Positions 1-12,427 are shown, numbered from the stretch's first letter. The stretch is DNA of 41,144 nucleotides from Octopus bimaculoides (GCF_001194135.2 NC_068984.1:137967114-138008257); one strand, 5' to 3'. Notes: generated by a model from the sequence alone, not told the origin. Program-made: numbers and translations.

Positions 1-201
1 ATATATATAACATAATACATGTATATAATTTTGCTTGTATTTATATATATATATATATATACATATATAATATTATATATATAGGTTTATGTATATATTA
101 TATATATGAAAATAAGTTTATGTATATATGCGTGTACACACACACATATATATATACGCACACACAAACCAATATGAGGAAGAAGGGTGAATGAGAGAGA
201 G

Positions 202-242
<41 letters not shown>

Positions 243-836
243 GAGAGGGAGATATAAGGAAATAGAACGAGTGAAAGAGATGAATGCTGTGGTCTGAGTG
301 TGCAGTATTCTACACCACTTGCCAAGAGCTGGTGTCAGTGGGCCAAACAACAAGTTGAAGAAGCAATTAAATATAGCTCATTGTTATATTATATAATTGG
401 CGTGTTTCGTAATTTTTCAGGTAAGTTTGCAATATCTCCTGCCGAGAAAATTAACGTTTCTTGGTCAGTGATCTATTTTTGTAAAATGCTGTAGAAATGA
501 ATCCACCACGAACTTATGACATTCGTTATACTTTCCAAAGCATTTCACAAATTTTCATTCGTAAGCTTCAAGCCATAACTATAGCTAAAGGGAAGAGAAA
601 GCCTGCACAAAGAGAGAGTTGAAGAGAAATTCGGAAATGGCGAGATAAAATAAAACAAGCGACTTATCTTGTTTGATATTTACAATCGTAATCAAATCTA
701 AAATATTAAATCATTACATATTTCTTGATATTGCACAATAATTTAATATATTATTACATCTGTTTTATAATGTTTTAATCAAATACTTAAATACGTATTC
801 TTTCAGAAAAAAAACGTAAAAATATTATATTCTATA

Positions 837-1242
837 ACGTCATATGTAAACAAACATATGTTTCTTTTTGAAGCGTTGAAAGGTATCGTAGACCAAGTAG
901 AATGATATATTGTCTCAACACGCAAATACTAAACAGTAAATATAAAGGATAAAATCCTTTTAAGAGCAGAAAAATTTGCCGGCAACCAGCAACGAGGACC
1001 GAACTCACACCCCTCTAATATCCGATTGGAGTGCTTTACCCATTAAGCTAAACAGCCGACCGGCGAATTCCTCTGGAATTTTAGAAGTTATAAAGTCATC
1101 TAGAAACACTAGATGTCATATAGATTACGTTATATGTAAGCAAACATAAGTTTGTTTTTGAAGCGTTGAAATGTATTGTAGAACAAGTAGAAAGATAAAT
1201 TTTTTTCAACACGTAAATACTGAACAGTATATATAAAGGATA
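837..1242. repeat. ~115-bp diverged direct repeat (837-951 and 1127-1242) flanking the tRNA-like segment
   Basis: Both copies read acgt.atatgtaa.caaacata.gttt.tttttgaagcgttgaaa...tataaaggata. Confidence 0.85.
984..1057 (-). pseudogene. tRNA-derived sequence (SINE head or tRNA pseudogene)
   Basis: Minus strand GGCTGTTTAGCTTAATGGGTAAAGC...GAGTTCGGTCC has Pol III A/B-box-like motifs; the anticodon arm pairs imperfectly. Confidence 0.45.
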
Positions 1243-2286
1243 TTTGAACATACAGGAAATGATCACGTTAAGTGTCATATTTCTTAATTGTTGTAGTGAA
1301 TGATGCAATTGATTGCCACTTTGCTATAAGACGTGACCTGGGTATAATGTTAAACTACATCCGCTAGTTTGAGAGTTCCGGGGTTTTGAAAAACATGGAA
1401 CCACTTCTTATTCACTATTGTTTTCTGACTCGTAGTAGTATCGCCTGTCAGAGTCCCAACTACGGATTAATTAGTATATCACGGAATCACTTCTGGAAGA
1501 TTATTCACAGGCATCCCAACGGTCCCAGGACATATGAGCCCTTTAAGCTCTTTAGTCGCTCATCTAAGTAAAGATGACTCCATACAATCCTGCAACCTGA
1601 TAATTTCTTGTAGAATTTCTAGAGTACATCTGTTTAGTAAACTGTTTCTATTACTTAGGTATTAAAAGTGAGATTAACAGACATTGCTGAAGAGGTGTAT
1701 TAATCAGCCATAAAATGGATTTATAAACTATGAATTACTAGGCTAAGCAGAAAATGCCGTTTTATTTCTTCCTCTTGATTCTCTATGTTCTGAGTTCAAA
1801 TCCCATTATCTTTTATCTTTTAGTTGCCTTAGTGATTTCACTTCGACCATACTGGGGCATCATCTCCTATGACTTTAGTTTAACAATCGAACCCAGTACT
1901 AACTGTTAATCCTAGTATTTATTCTATCGGTATCTTTGCCGAACCGTTAAGTTTTGGAGGGCGTAAACAAACTAACTGCAGTGGTCAAGCGGTGGTAGGG
2001 ATGAGAAAACACACACACACAAACATTTATATTATACATTTATAAGAAGAGTGGTGACAATTTTTCATCGGACTGTTCAATGAAAGCTAGCAGGCCAAAA
2101 CTTCGAAGTCACTGTCACCACACTTTTTGTAAAAGTATAATTTATACACTACAAAAAGTATTGAGTAATCTTCCAGTTTCATATAAAGTTGTTTTCATTA
2201 TAACACGACATTTACATAAAGATATGGATATGTGTGAGTGTAAGAGGGCTTTCATACAGTCTCAGCCTGACGAAGACATGGCTTGA

Positions 2287-2722
2287 TCTGAGGCTATATT
2301 AATTAAAAAATAAATAAATAGTATACATTATGTACAGGACATCACCAACGAGCGAAAACCACGAAGACACACATGAGATAAGTACAGGACAAAATACAAA
2401 AAGAAAAATACACAAGAGCAGGACATCAACAACGAATGAAAAATATGTAAACACATAACGAGAGACAAGTACGAGACAAAATACCGAAAGAAGTCTAACT
2501 CCTCCTCAGTTGTCGACCATTTATTATTCCCTATTTCGTACTTGTCTCTCGTTATGTGTTTACATAATTTTCACTCGTTGTTGATGTCCTGACCTTATTG
2601 GGTTTTTTTTTCTGGTATTTTGTCCTGTACTTAACTCTAGTGTGTTTACATGTTTTTCGCTCGTTGGTGATGTCTTGTACTTAGAGTGTATTTTTTATTT
2701 ATCTATAATTGAACGCCTCAGA
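2287..2722. mobile_element. ~436-bp foldback element with ~200-bp inverted arms
   Basis: The left arm (tacaggacatcaccaacgagcgaaaa...gagacaagtacga) is reverse-complementary to the right arm (tcgtacttgtctctc...ttttcgctcgttggtgatgtcttgta); termini TCTGAGGC/GCCTCAGA. Confidence 0.75.
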
Positions 2723-3096
2723 GCCTTGTCCACAGTCAGTAAGTTCCTATATTAATTAATACTTGACTTTTGCGCATCGCAGTGGGACTAAACCCGAAAT
2801 GGTATAGTTGCAACCGAGTTTCTTTACCACATAACCATGCCTGTTTTTGTTTGTGTTTCGAAATCTAGCGCAGAGATCAGAGGTCATTTTGGTCATAAAA
2901 ACTAATCAAAAGAATGAGTCTTAAGAAATAGTATCATAAGTTAGTTTCATATTTTCTAGTATATCACTGAATTTCGCTATGTGTGCACACGCGCACGTAT
3001 TTGCGTGTGTTCCCGTGTTTGTGGAAGGGTTTGTGTGCGCTTAGCAGATTTCACGGGTGCTTGTGATCAATTATCATATTGAATTAGTGGAATAGA

Positions 3097-3157
3097 TAGA
3101 TAAATAGATAGAAAAATAGATAGATAGGTAAATAGACAGACAGACAGACAGACAGAC

Positions 3158-3204
<47 letters not shown>

Positions 3205-3245
3205 TAGATAGAGAGATAGAGAGATAGATAGATAGAGAGATAGAG

Positions 3246-3285
<40 letters not shown>
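3097..3285. repeat. Compound (GATA)/(GACA)/(GA) microsatellite
   Basis: Visible tandem array. Other arrays: (TA)/(AG) 1-250, (TATC)/(GT) 6738-6910, (CATA) 7337-7410, (CA) 12269-12315, (AAT)/(GAT)/(GGT) 16587-16767, (TG) 18008-18045, (AAC)/(AAT) 18405-18451, (AAT) 21274-21323, (AG) 22921-22974, (TA) 28577-28612, (CT) 31458-31480. Confidence 0.97.
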
Positions 3286-3492
3286 GTCACTCTAATGCAG
3301 ATGTCACAAAGACAGGCGTAATTTTAAGGAGGAAATCTATTTTTGCTGAATGCATTTATATACATTTTTATGCCTAAATATATATATATATATGTATATA
3401 TATACATGTATTTGTACACACAGACATATANNNNNNNNNNNNNNNNNNNNNNNNNNNNNNNNNNNNNNNNNNNNNNNNNNNNNNNNNNNNNN

Positions 3493-3525
<33 letters not shown>

Positions 3526-3662
3526 TGTACATATATACATACACACACGCATACATATATATATATACATTTGCACATCTAACTTAACTCCAATGTAGTG
3601 CATTAAACGCCGTAAGCTGCGGTAGTCGACCCGAGAAATATATATATATGAACTTTACTTAC

Positions 3663-4224
3663 CTTTGAGAAAACTGGAGATACAGAGTAACGAAAGCACC
3701 ACGGAAGGACGATTTAATATTCGTAAACAGGAAGAATTACACGAATCATATTCCCAAGGTAGGTTATCGGAATTATTATTATTATCATTATTGTTATTAT
3801 TATTGTTATTATTATTATTACTATTGTTATTATTATTACCAGTAGCACTGTTGTTGATAATAATTGAGTTATTACTCTGAGTGTGCAAGACTGCATTCAT
3901 ATAGCTGTCACTATTTGCATTGTTTTTAGCGTCTGTAACCTTGTTTTTGTCAAAAGTATTTTCTGATAAACTTTTCGGAGAACTTTCCTTAGAAGAAGAA
4001 GAACAATGAATCATTAAGGCAGGTACAATGTTCTGATCAAGCTCTTGGGTTAGTTTTGTAAAATTTCGGCTTTCTGTTAATGAGACAGCATTTTCTGGTT
4101 TAACCACAACGTTCTCTGCAGTTGAGTGTAAGAAGTTTGCTTCGGTTTTCTTTCTCAAGATAAAATCACTTGATATAGGAAAGTTTGAAGTTTCAACGGT
4201 GCCAGGGGTTGCGAATAATTCCAT
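3663..4224 (-). CDS. SLCO: Second SLCO/OATP gene (gene A), first coding exon; gene continues left out of the window
   Basis: ATG in aaaATGG context with an in-frame TAA at 4236-4234. Ends ..WEYDSCNSSCLRILNRPSVVLSLLCISSFLK G|GTAAGT, resembling the OATP pre-TM1/TM1 'C...CLQ.FN.P..FL..LC...F.QG' segment. Family call from motif recall. Confidence 0.75.
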
Positions 4225-4337
4225 TTTATAGCATTAGGGAAATATCATGGCGTATTTTCTTCAACGTTGAATGTTATAAACTTCTTTGATATGACATCTG
4301 TATTTTCATTCATATCGATAGTAATAGCTGAGTATTC
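4225..4337 (-). other. 5'UTR portion of the gene A coding exon, containing a 22-codon uORF (4313-4245)
   Basis: Acceptor tttttatattgcAG at 4339-4338. The uORF MNENTDVISKKFITFNVEENTP* ends 20 nt before the main ATG, in a different frame. Confidence 0.55.
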
Positions 4338-5319
4338 CTGCAATATAAAAACGAAGTAAATAATATGACCAACAAACACATACACATACACACACGCCAC
4401 GCGCCCGCGCGCACACAAACACAAACAAATAAACAAATATATACGTGTATGCGTGAGTATATGTGTATGTGTACATTTAATTGCTTGCATGTGGGTCGAT
4501 GTATGTATAACAGAGAGAGTCCTGAAACGAGTGCAAGATCGGAGCATTTATCTCAGGAACTTCATTAAATTATATTTATTAAAATATTTTCAGCATTACT
4601 TTCAAGTGAAAAATCATTAATTGCTTCAGATAATGTTTCATGTCTTATTTAATATGGAAGTGAGTGCGATCTGATTAATCTAAATTATTTCGCTTCGTAC
4701 TTTCAAACAATATCTAAGCGGCTTCTATGCAGCAATGGAATCTTTAATATCTTCGTTTTGATACTTTTTTTTTTTTAGAAACATTAAAATTTTGCATGTT
4801 ATATTTTTTAGCAAATAAATTAAATTTGTAAGTAATTTCGAATAATACAGGAGCTTGTACTCTAACTTGGTTCATACTATGCCGAAAATTTGTAATAGCT
4901 GGGTTGTTTATCAAAGATTCACTTTTCATGAAGATGGCAATTAAATAATAAGATATGTAATCAAATTAGAAGTAGCACTTCACGTTAATTATATTCGTAT
5001 TGTTGTTAAAACTAGCACTTAAAATATGACATCTGTGAAATATTTCGTTGAAATATTTTGAAGCACTATGTTAAAGCACTTTTACCGGTCTTCAAGTATC
5101 AATCAATACTACGATCGCCGTTTGTTCGTCTTCTCTATCATTACTTTCTCTACGACACCGACCGACAACTTACATACTTCACAAGAGCACTTTAATCCCA
5201 TCACCCGCCCCTCAATTTTTTTGTTTTTGTTTTTAGCAATTTTGTATTAATATTGATATTCCCGATCATCATCACCATCGTCATCATCTCATTGACATTA
5301 ATGCTTCGCTTTCTAAGAT

Positions 5320-5520
5320 TCATAGGGTCAGTTACCCGGTTTCTAAGGCGTATAAGTAACCGAGATCAAAATATTCCTCACAGTCCATCGCAGATTTACT
5401 CATTTACCGCTGAGTGAACTAGAGGAACGTGGAATGAAATGTTTTGCTCAAAAACACAACGCACCGCCCGGTCTGAGAATCGAAACTACGATCTATCCAC
5501 TCGGCCATGTACTTCACAAT
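5320..5520 (-). mobile_element. Older, diverged copy of a related SINE, abutting the younger insertion
   Basis: Shares ctgagtg.actag/gaaatg.agtgttttg.ccaagaacacaacgc...gaatcgaaac with 5526-5784. Confidence 0.7.
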
Positions 5521-5525
5521 CAATA

Positions 5526-5784
5526 AAAAAAAATAAATGCACCCTTTTGAAGCCTAGCCAGGCTCATGGGCCCGGTTTCCCGGTTTCAATGGCGTATGTG
5601 CACCCTAGCTGGACGGGACGCCAGTCCATCGTAGCGTTACTCATTTTTGCCAGCTGAGTGGACTGGAGCAACATGAAATGAAGTGTTTTGACCAAGAACA
5701 CAACGCGTCGCCCGGTCCAGGAATCGAAACCACAATCTTGCGATCATGATGCTGACACCCTAACCACTAAGCCACGCGCCTCCA
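5526..5784 (-). mobile_element. Full-length tRNA-derived SINE with a 15-bp TSD
   Basis: Head TGGAGGCGCGTGGCTTAGTGGTTAG with B box GGTTTCGATTCC. TSD acttcacaatcaata at 5511-5525 and 5785-5799. Confidence 0.9.
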
Positions 5785-5877
5785 ACTTCACAATCAATAC
5801 TTACGCTAAAATTTATGATAGGATTTTCAAGATAGTCAATTAATGCTAAAATTCAGTTAATAGTAATAGTTCAGATA

Positions 5878-6055
5878 ATGGCGGCGAGCTGGCAGAATCG
5901 TTAGCACGCCGGGCGAAATGCTTCGCAGTATTTCGTCTTTCTTTACGTTCTGAGTTCAAATTCTGCCGAGGTCGACTTTGCCTTTCATCCTTTTGGGGTC
6001 GATAAATTAAGTACCATTTATGCATTGGGGTCGATGTAATCGACTTAACCCATTT
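5878..6055 (+). mobile_element. tRNA-derived SINE, family 1 (GGCGGCGAGCTGGCAGAA head; central gtcgactttgcctttcatcctttcggggtcgataaattaagtacc domain)
   Basis: A box TGGCAGAATCG and B box GTTCAAATTC. Other copies at about 9540-9770(-), 12040-12130(-), 21520-21700(-), 21830-21990(-), 22030-22130(-), 29735-29920(+), 30280-30440(-), 31750-31880(-), 35040-35200(+) and 36520-36690(-). Confidence 0.85.
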
Positions 6056-6739
6056 GTCAGGTGTCTTAGGAGTTAAAATAATATATAGTATTTAAATTTT
6101 CTTCATATGTGAATTATTTTGGAAAGTATGATAAATTTTTCGAAACGTCCCAAATGGTTGAAATAAAGCATATTTATTCTTTTCTATTCAATTGCAATAA
6201 TAAACATTTTTTTTTTTAATTATTGTATCAAATGCGAATGTGTATGAAATATCAATGAATGATATAGATGCGAAATGCCAAAAAAAAAAAAAATTTTTTT
6301 CGAAACAGTTAATATTTTTGTAGTTCAAAAATTGCGATTTGTGATCTAAAATGTACTCTAGAATTAGCCAGAGCTAATAATGAAAAAATTTAATTACTAA
6401 ATATTGTTAAACACACCTCTGCAAATGCAATGTACGTAAGCAATTCACTTTAAATACAACGAACAACTGTCATTGAGACTGTTTTTAGCACATCCCCAAA
6501 TGGAGCCCATGGCAGGCAAAGGGTTAACGTAGCACAGTATGTAACAAAACCTTTGAATGGCAAGTACTATCCACCTGACGGAATCTCTACAGTTTCCTTC
6601 TTCCGACTTTCGATCGCGATATATAAGGTTCTCAAAAGCTGTAGAAAATATTTGTCCAAGATGCTGCACAGTAGGATCGAACTCGGGACAACGTAGTCGA
6701 AAACTGAGCTTCTTCACTATTATGTCATACAGTGCCTAC

Positions 6740-6776
<37 letters not shown>

Positions 6777-6856
6777 CGCTTATATTTGTGTCCGATTGTA
6801 TTTGTGTTTGTGTGTGTATGTGTGTGCGTCAGTGTGCTAATGTGTGTGTGTGTATG

Positions 6857-6909
<53 letters not shown>

Positions 6910-7546
6910 CTGTGTATAATGCGTATGTATATATATGACCTACACACACATATACACACACACGTAGACATACGCGAACTCACACCCGCACATACACACA
7001 CACATACAAATACACACATAAATATAGGCCGAGTGGTTAAGTTCGATTCATAAGCATGATGTCTCACTTCTAATTAACTTCGGTACGTGCTTTTCCCATA
7101 CTCTGAGTTCTGATTTCGATCCTAGGAAAAAGGTGTGTGCATAAACCCGCTAGATGAACTAGGGTCGTAATTCAGATATTTTGGTAATACGGCCTGACAC
7201 TTCGTTGTATTTTAGAATTAGGTAAAGACTGCCAGTTTCTCAATTACACTCGCCTCATACACGTTTCTTCAAAAATAAATATTTTACTTCAACGAGTAGC
7301 AGCATAGTCTTATTGAAGATGTGGAGGAGACCCATTACATACAAACATACGTACATACATACATACATACATACATACATGCATGCATACATGCATACAT
7401 ACATACACACATAAATAGATATATCCATGCATATATGTGCATACATTATACATGCACAGTTAAATCTTGCATATGCACGAATGTGTAAACTATATGAGTT
7501 TATTTTATATATGCAAATTAATATGTATGTGTATTATATATATATA

Positions 7547-8120
7547 NNNNNNNNNNNNNNNNNNNNNNNNNNNNNNNNNNNNNNNNNNNNNNNNNNNNNN
7601 NNNNNNNNNNNNNNNNNNNNNNNNNNNNNNNNNNNNNNNNNNNNNNNNNNNNNNNNNNNNNNNNNNNNNNNNNNNNNNNNNNNNNNNNNNNNNNNNNNNN
7701 NNNNNNNNNNNNNNNNNNNNNNNNNNNNNNNNNNNNNNNNNNNNNNNNNNNNNNNNNNNNNNNNNNNNNNNNNNNNNNNNNNNNNNNNNNNNNNNNNNNN
7801 NNNNNNNNNNNNNNNNNNNNNNNNNNNNNNNNNNNNNNNNNNNNNNNNNNNNNNNNNNNNNNNNNNNNNNNNNNNNNNNNNNNNNNNNNNNNNNNNNNNN
7901 NNNNNNNNNNNNNNNNNNNNNNNNNNNNNNNNNNNNNNNNNNNNNNNNNNNNNNNNNNNNNNNNNNNNNNNNNNNNNNNNNNNNNNNNNNNNNNNNNNNN
8001 NNNNNNNNNNNNNNNNNNNNNNNNNNNNNNNNNNNNNNNNNNNNNNNNNNNNNNNNNNNNNNNNNNNNNNNNNNNNNNNNNNNNNNNNNNNNNNNNNNNN
8101 NNNNNNNNNNNNNNNNNNNN
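7547..8120. other. Assembly gap (N run); others at 3431-3492, 16768-17475, 18046-18314, 22234-22920, 28613-29044 and 38117-39053
   Basis: Runs of n, mostly bordered by microsatellites or SINE ends. Confidence 1.
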
Positions 8121-8610
8121 ATATATAAAATCTTACGTTCAAAATCTTTCATTGTTAAAGGAACTTAGCTATATTTGATTAGCTCTGTTTTTGCTTTCTG
8201 TTCACAAAATTTCTCTTTAAGTTGCATATTGAAGCATAAAGGTGCCATGTCATTATTATGTACGCAAACGAAATACTTGACAGTGTTCATAAGTTTATGT
8301 ATTGACCCTCTCTACTTAAGAAAATATAAAGATATTTGAAATCATATATACCCTCTTTTGTGTTGCGTATATAATAAATATATATTCAAACTGGTAATAC
8401 CAATTCTTATTGTTACTATGCCACAGCATATAAGTTAACTCTGTTTGCTTGGAAAATCGTTGTTTATTTTCTTAAACGTAACAGTATACAGTTTTAATGT
8501 GAAAAGAAACGTCTAAGATTTATTATTCAAGCTTTGTGTTTTGACCGTTCAGAATAGTACTAAATAAAACAACGAAGTGATATATTGTTGTAAAACTATA
8601 ATTTACTTAC

Positions 8611-8768
8611 CAAACTTCTTGCTGTCTGTAGTCAAGTTAAAGCATTCTAAGTTCATCTCAATATTAAAAGCTTGTCTGTTTGTTTTAAATTTTTGTATAT
8701 ATTTTAGCAGTATCTGTTTGGATTTCTTGTGTAAAGCTTCTAATTAACTTTTGCATCATGGCCTAGAT
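8611..8768 (-). other. Putative non-coding 5' leader exon of gene A
   Basis: Pyrimidine-rich acceptor ttttgcctttaattttgacAG at 8770-8769 and donor TTG|GTAAGT at 8610; no frame is open across the exon. Confidence 0.5.
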
Positions 8769-8907
8769 CTGTCAAAATTAAAGGCAAAAGTGAAGACACC
8801 AAATTTGTAAAACAGAACATTCACATTTACCAACAAAAAGTGAACCTTACTATACACAGTGAAGTGAGTTGTTAATCATTGTATTTCTTACTAGGTCTGT
8901 AACTCAC

Positions 8908-8919
8908 CTGTCATAGCAC
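8908..8919 (-). other. Putative 12-nt micro-exon GTGCTATGACAG, or an alternative donor of a leader exon
   Basis: Acceptor ttcttctcaatAG at 8921-8920 and donor CAG|GTGAGT at 8907. An upstream donor GAG|GTAGGT at 9001/9000 would define an 81-nt intron. Confidence 0.4.
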
Positions 8920-10439
8920 CTATTGAGAAGAACAATCTTTTTTTTTTAAGTAAATAAAAGTAAAAAAAAAAGAAGAAAGAAGAAATATCGTTTGACCTAC
9001 CTCGTAGTCTCAGTGACGAAATCACTAACTACAAAACGGACACTGCATTTAATGACAGTAGCAAAACAAACAACAATGAAACCTTCAATAAAACAATTGA
9101 ACAAACACATAGGAAAATATTTATTTGATCACATTGTGGAGTTACTTTAATTGAGATAGCAGCGGAATTAAGGAAATGTAAGAAAAAAAGCAATAACTAG
9201 TAATAACAATGACAATTTATTTACTAAGAGAAATAAAATGACTATATTTCATAAATTAAACTGCATTATTAAAATATTTAGCATTACTAATGACAGTACA
9301 GCAACAGTTATACTATTGCTATTATAAATCATGTTAGTTACAATAGTGTTAGAAACAAGCTTGGCTACAGGCTCGAGTAAAACGGAAAGCACCGAATGTC
9401 ACATTCATTCATAATTTAATGTCAGAATTAGAAATCTCATTAAAATCTACTTGAAACAATAATAAAAATTCTATGGAATTATAACGACAGAAACAATAGA
9501 AACTATATAACAACGATGAGCAGAAATGTCGGAAGTATTCTTGTTAATATTGGCACAAGACCAGCGGTTTTGAAGGGGAAAAGCAACTTTATTACATCGA
9601 CCCCAATACATGACTGGTACTTTATTTTATCAACTCCGAAAAGGCGTAGAGCAAAGTCGAACTCAACGGTATTTGAACTCAGAACATATAGATTCAGAAG
9701 TAATGCCACTGAGCATTTTATCCGACACGCTAACGTGTCTGCCAGCTCGCTGTCTCCATGACGGCTGAAGTAAAGCTAGAGAAATACGACACAAAGAGTA
9801 AAAACATCTTGACAAACTAAAAAGAAGTAACTTAACAACACGTATAGCGATAAATTGATAACAGAGAAAAAGGAAGACGCTGGAAAATCAAGAGAAAGTA
9901 TTTCCATATAACTCCTAAATCTTCAGAGAGTATCATAATTAAGGGCCCCGAGGAAATCATGTTTCAATTTCTAGTTATAGCTTTGCTGATTTCACAAATT
10001 CCTATTAGGATTGTATGGATGTTACATAGTCTTGTTTCTCTATGTTCGATTGTTATTTCTATTAATTATCAATAATAACGGATCAAAACGAAATCGATTA
10101 TCTTCTCGATATTATCGTTATTTCTTTCTTTGATATTACTCATCATTTTCGCTAATCCTCAAACCTCTCATGTTCTTCCATTAGTTTGGACTCATCAATT
10201 TGATTTTCCCTATATTTTACCGACAAAACTTAGTTTAAAGTATCTAGAATACATCTATATACAACTGGACGCTTTTCATATCAGTAACAAACAGGGTAGG
10301 GTTTCTTTTTAAGTTATTGCCAGAAAAAAAGGTAATGCCTATTAATGCGCCATGCCTTCCTAGACTAGCAAGATATAAACAGTTTATATTCATGTTGAAA
10401 ATGCCTGGACTATTTTCTGAAGGAAAAACTCAGGGGATG

Positions 10440-10830
10440 AATTTTCAGAGGATTGTTTTCGTAGGGTGTGATATTCAAACCATTTAGCGAAGGATCTAAG
10501 ATCCAGATATTGCAGTGGTGAGAAAAAGAAGAGAGACTGTATTGATTGATTCTGTATTGCGGAAGTATACAACATTTTAGTCTAAGAAGAACGGTGATTA
10601 GAAGTCGTTGAAGCAATTGCAGAAGGGGTAACGAGAATAAACAGCATATCTGTGAGCTAGAAGTTATAACATGCTATTGGCTAAATCGTTGCCAGTTCAT
10701 CGGACGGTTTCGATTTGCATATGGCGCATGTGATTGTGTGAGTAACAGCAACAGTGTTATCGTAAATATGCGAGCAGTTCTCCAAAATAGGTCATATTTG
10801 AATTTTGTAGAAGGTTAGTAACTAATCCAA
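10440..10830 (+). mobile_element. Decayed restriction-like endonuclease (PD..D) region of an R4-type non-LTR element
   Basis: DIQT...DPDIAVVRKRRETVLID resembles 'IQTD....RPDIVVVDKK....IID'. Confidence 0.5.
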
Positions 10831-11221
10831 ATTGAAGTATTTTCTAGTTCTGAAGAGGAAACCTAGTCTTTTGGAGGTAAGAAAATTATGAGACTCAGAA
10901 TTTGTAGCTATTTTGCAGTTTGTTTCTGTGTTGTTTATGTATAGAAAGATTGTCGTACTAGAATATTTTAATGACATGTGAAGCAATTGTTTTTGTGCTG
11001 TTGGTGATGAATAGCTACTATGTTCACATTGAAGAATGTTTTCGATGTCATTTCGAAGACAAACCATGGAAGTTGTTTACACCCGGAGGTCTCCGAGTAA
11101 AATGTGGTTTCTAGTTCTAGTCCCATTCTGCAGCACCAAGGGCAAGGCAGATGTCTTCAACCAGTGGCTTGTGAGTGTGAATTTAGTGGACGAAACCTGT
11201 GTGGTAGCCCATCGTATGTGA

Positions 11222-11265
<44 letters not shown>

Positions 11266-12265
11266 ACAGGAAGGACAACAAAAGAAACCTCGATATTATG
11301 CAAATAGAGGAATTTATCTGTAAAAATAGTGTACCATCCCCTGCCGGAGCCTCGTGGAGCTTTAAGTGTTTTCTCTCAATAAACACTCACAACGCCCGGT
11401 CTGGGAATTGAAACCGCGAGTCCGCTGCCCTAACCACTGGGCCATTGCTCCTCCCGTCATAAACTACGACTGGCATTAATAACAAGCTAACGATGGAGCC
11501 TCTTTGTGGACACTTGACTTGTTAAATAAAATACCAAGATCTCCCTAAAACCACATACTATCATCTTACAAAAAGAATAAATACTACGTCTTACCACCAC
11601 CATCACCAATAAAAAAAAAACGGGAAAATCGTGGATAGAATATTATGATGATAAATAATCGTCAGCACGGTGAACAAGGAAAATCAAACCAATTATTTGC
11701 ATCTTTATTTGTGATACCTTCTGACAGATTCTAACGTGAATATGCTAATCGCTGCCGCGTTTTGTCACTGGAGAACAACCCCTTTAAGAACACACTCTTT
11801 TGATTAACACAAAGGGTTCAGGGACAACCGATGTTTGGATATTGTTGTGTCTCGTCAACCATAGGCACCTTCGGACTAATGAATCTAACAAGAGTCGAAG
11901 CTCTTGTTTATAACTTCAGCGAGCGAACTGTTTGCTTATCCTTGCTGTTATCCGCCAGTTGATAACAATAATTGTTGTTTATGCAAGTACAATACCAGAA
12001 ATTTAGCAACAGAAATCAATCGATTTTTTTTTCTGCTTAAGTAATTGACTGGTACTTATTTTACGACCTCGAAAAGATGAAAGGCAAAATTCAAATAAAC
12101 GAGATTTGAAGTCAGAATATAAGATTTTGAACAAATCGCATTTTTACAATTCCAAATCATTTCTAGATTACACCATATAGTAATATTATTTTAATTTAAA
12201 CCCATTTAGCAGTTCTTTTATTTCATTTTTGTACACACATCTTTAGTCCTATTAGTTTGTCTTTG

Positions 12266-12314
<49 letters not shown>

Positions 12315-12427
12315 ATAACAGTTTGACTTTGTTATACATTACTTGAGTTTTGTGGCCATAGAACGACATATCTGCATCATCAGGTTTTTGATGGTAGGGA
12401 GAACAGAATTTAAATAAATCTAAAATA

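Noticed and set aside
400-620. Minus-strand LIFSAGDIAN resembling the OATP 'I.SSYDIA' motif as a candidate exon 2 of gene A
   Set aside because: In-frame stops flank it, and the nearby acceptor gives no open phase-1 frame; likely chance.
984-1057. Functional tRNA gene
   Set aside because: The anticodon and acceptor stems do not pair properly; better explained as a derived element.
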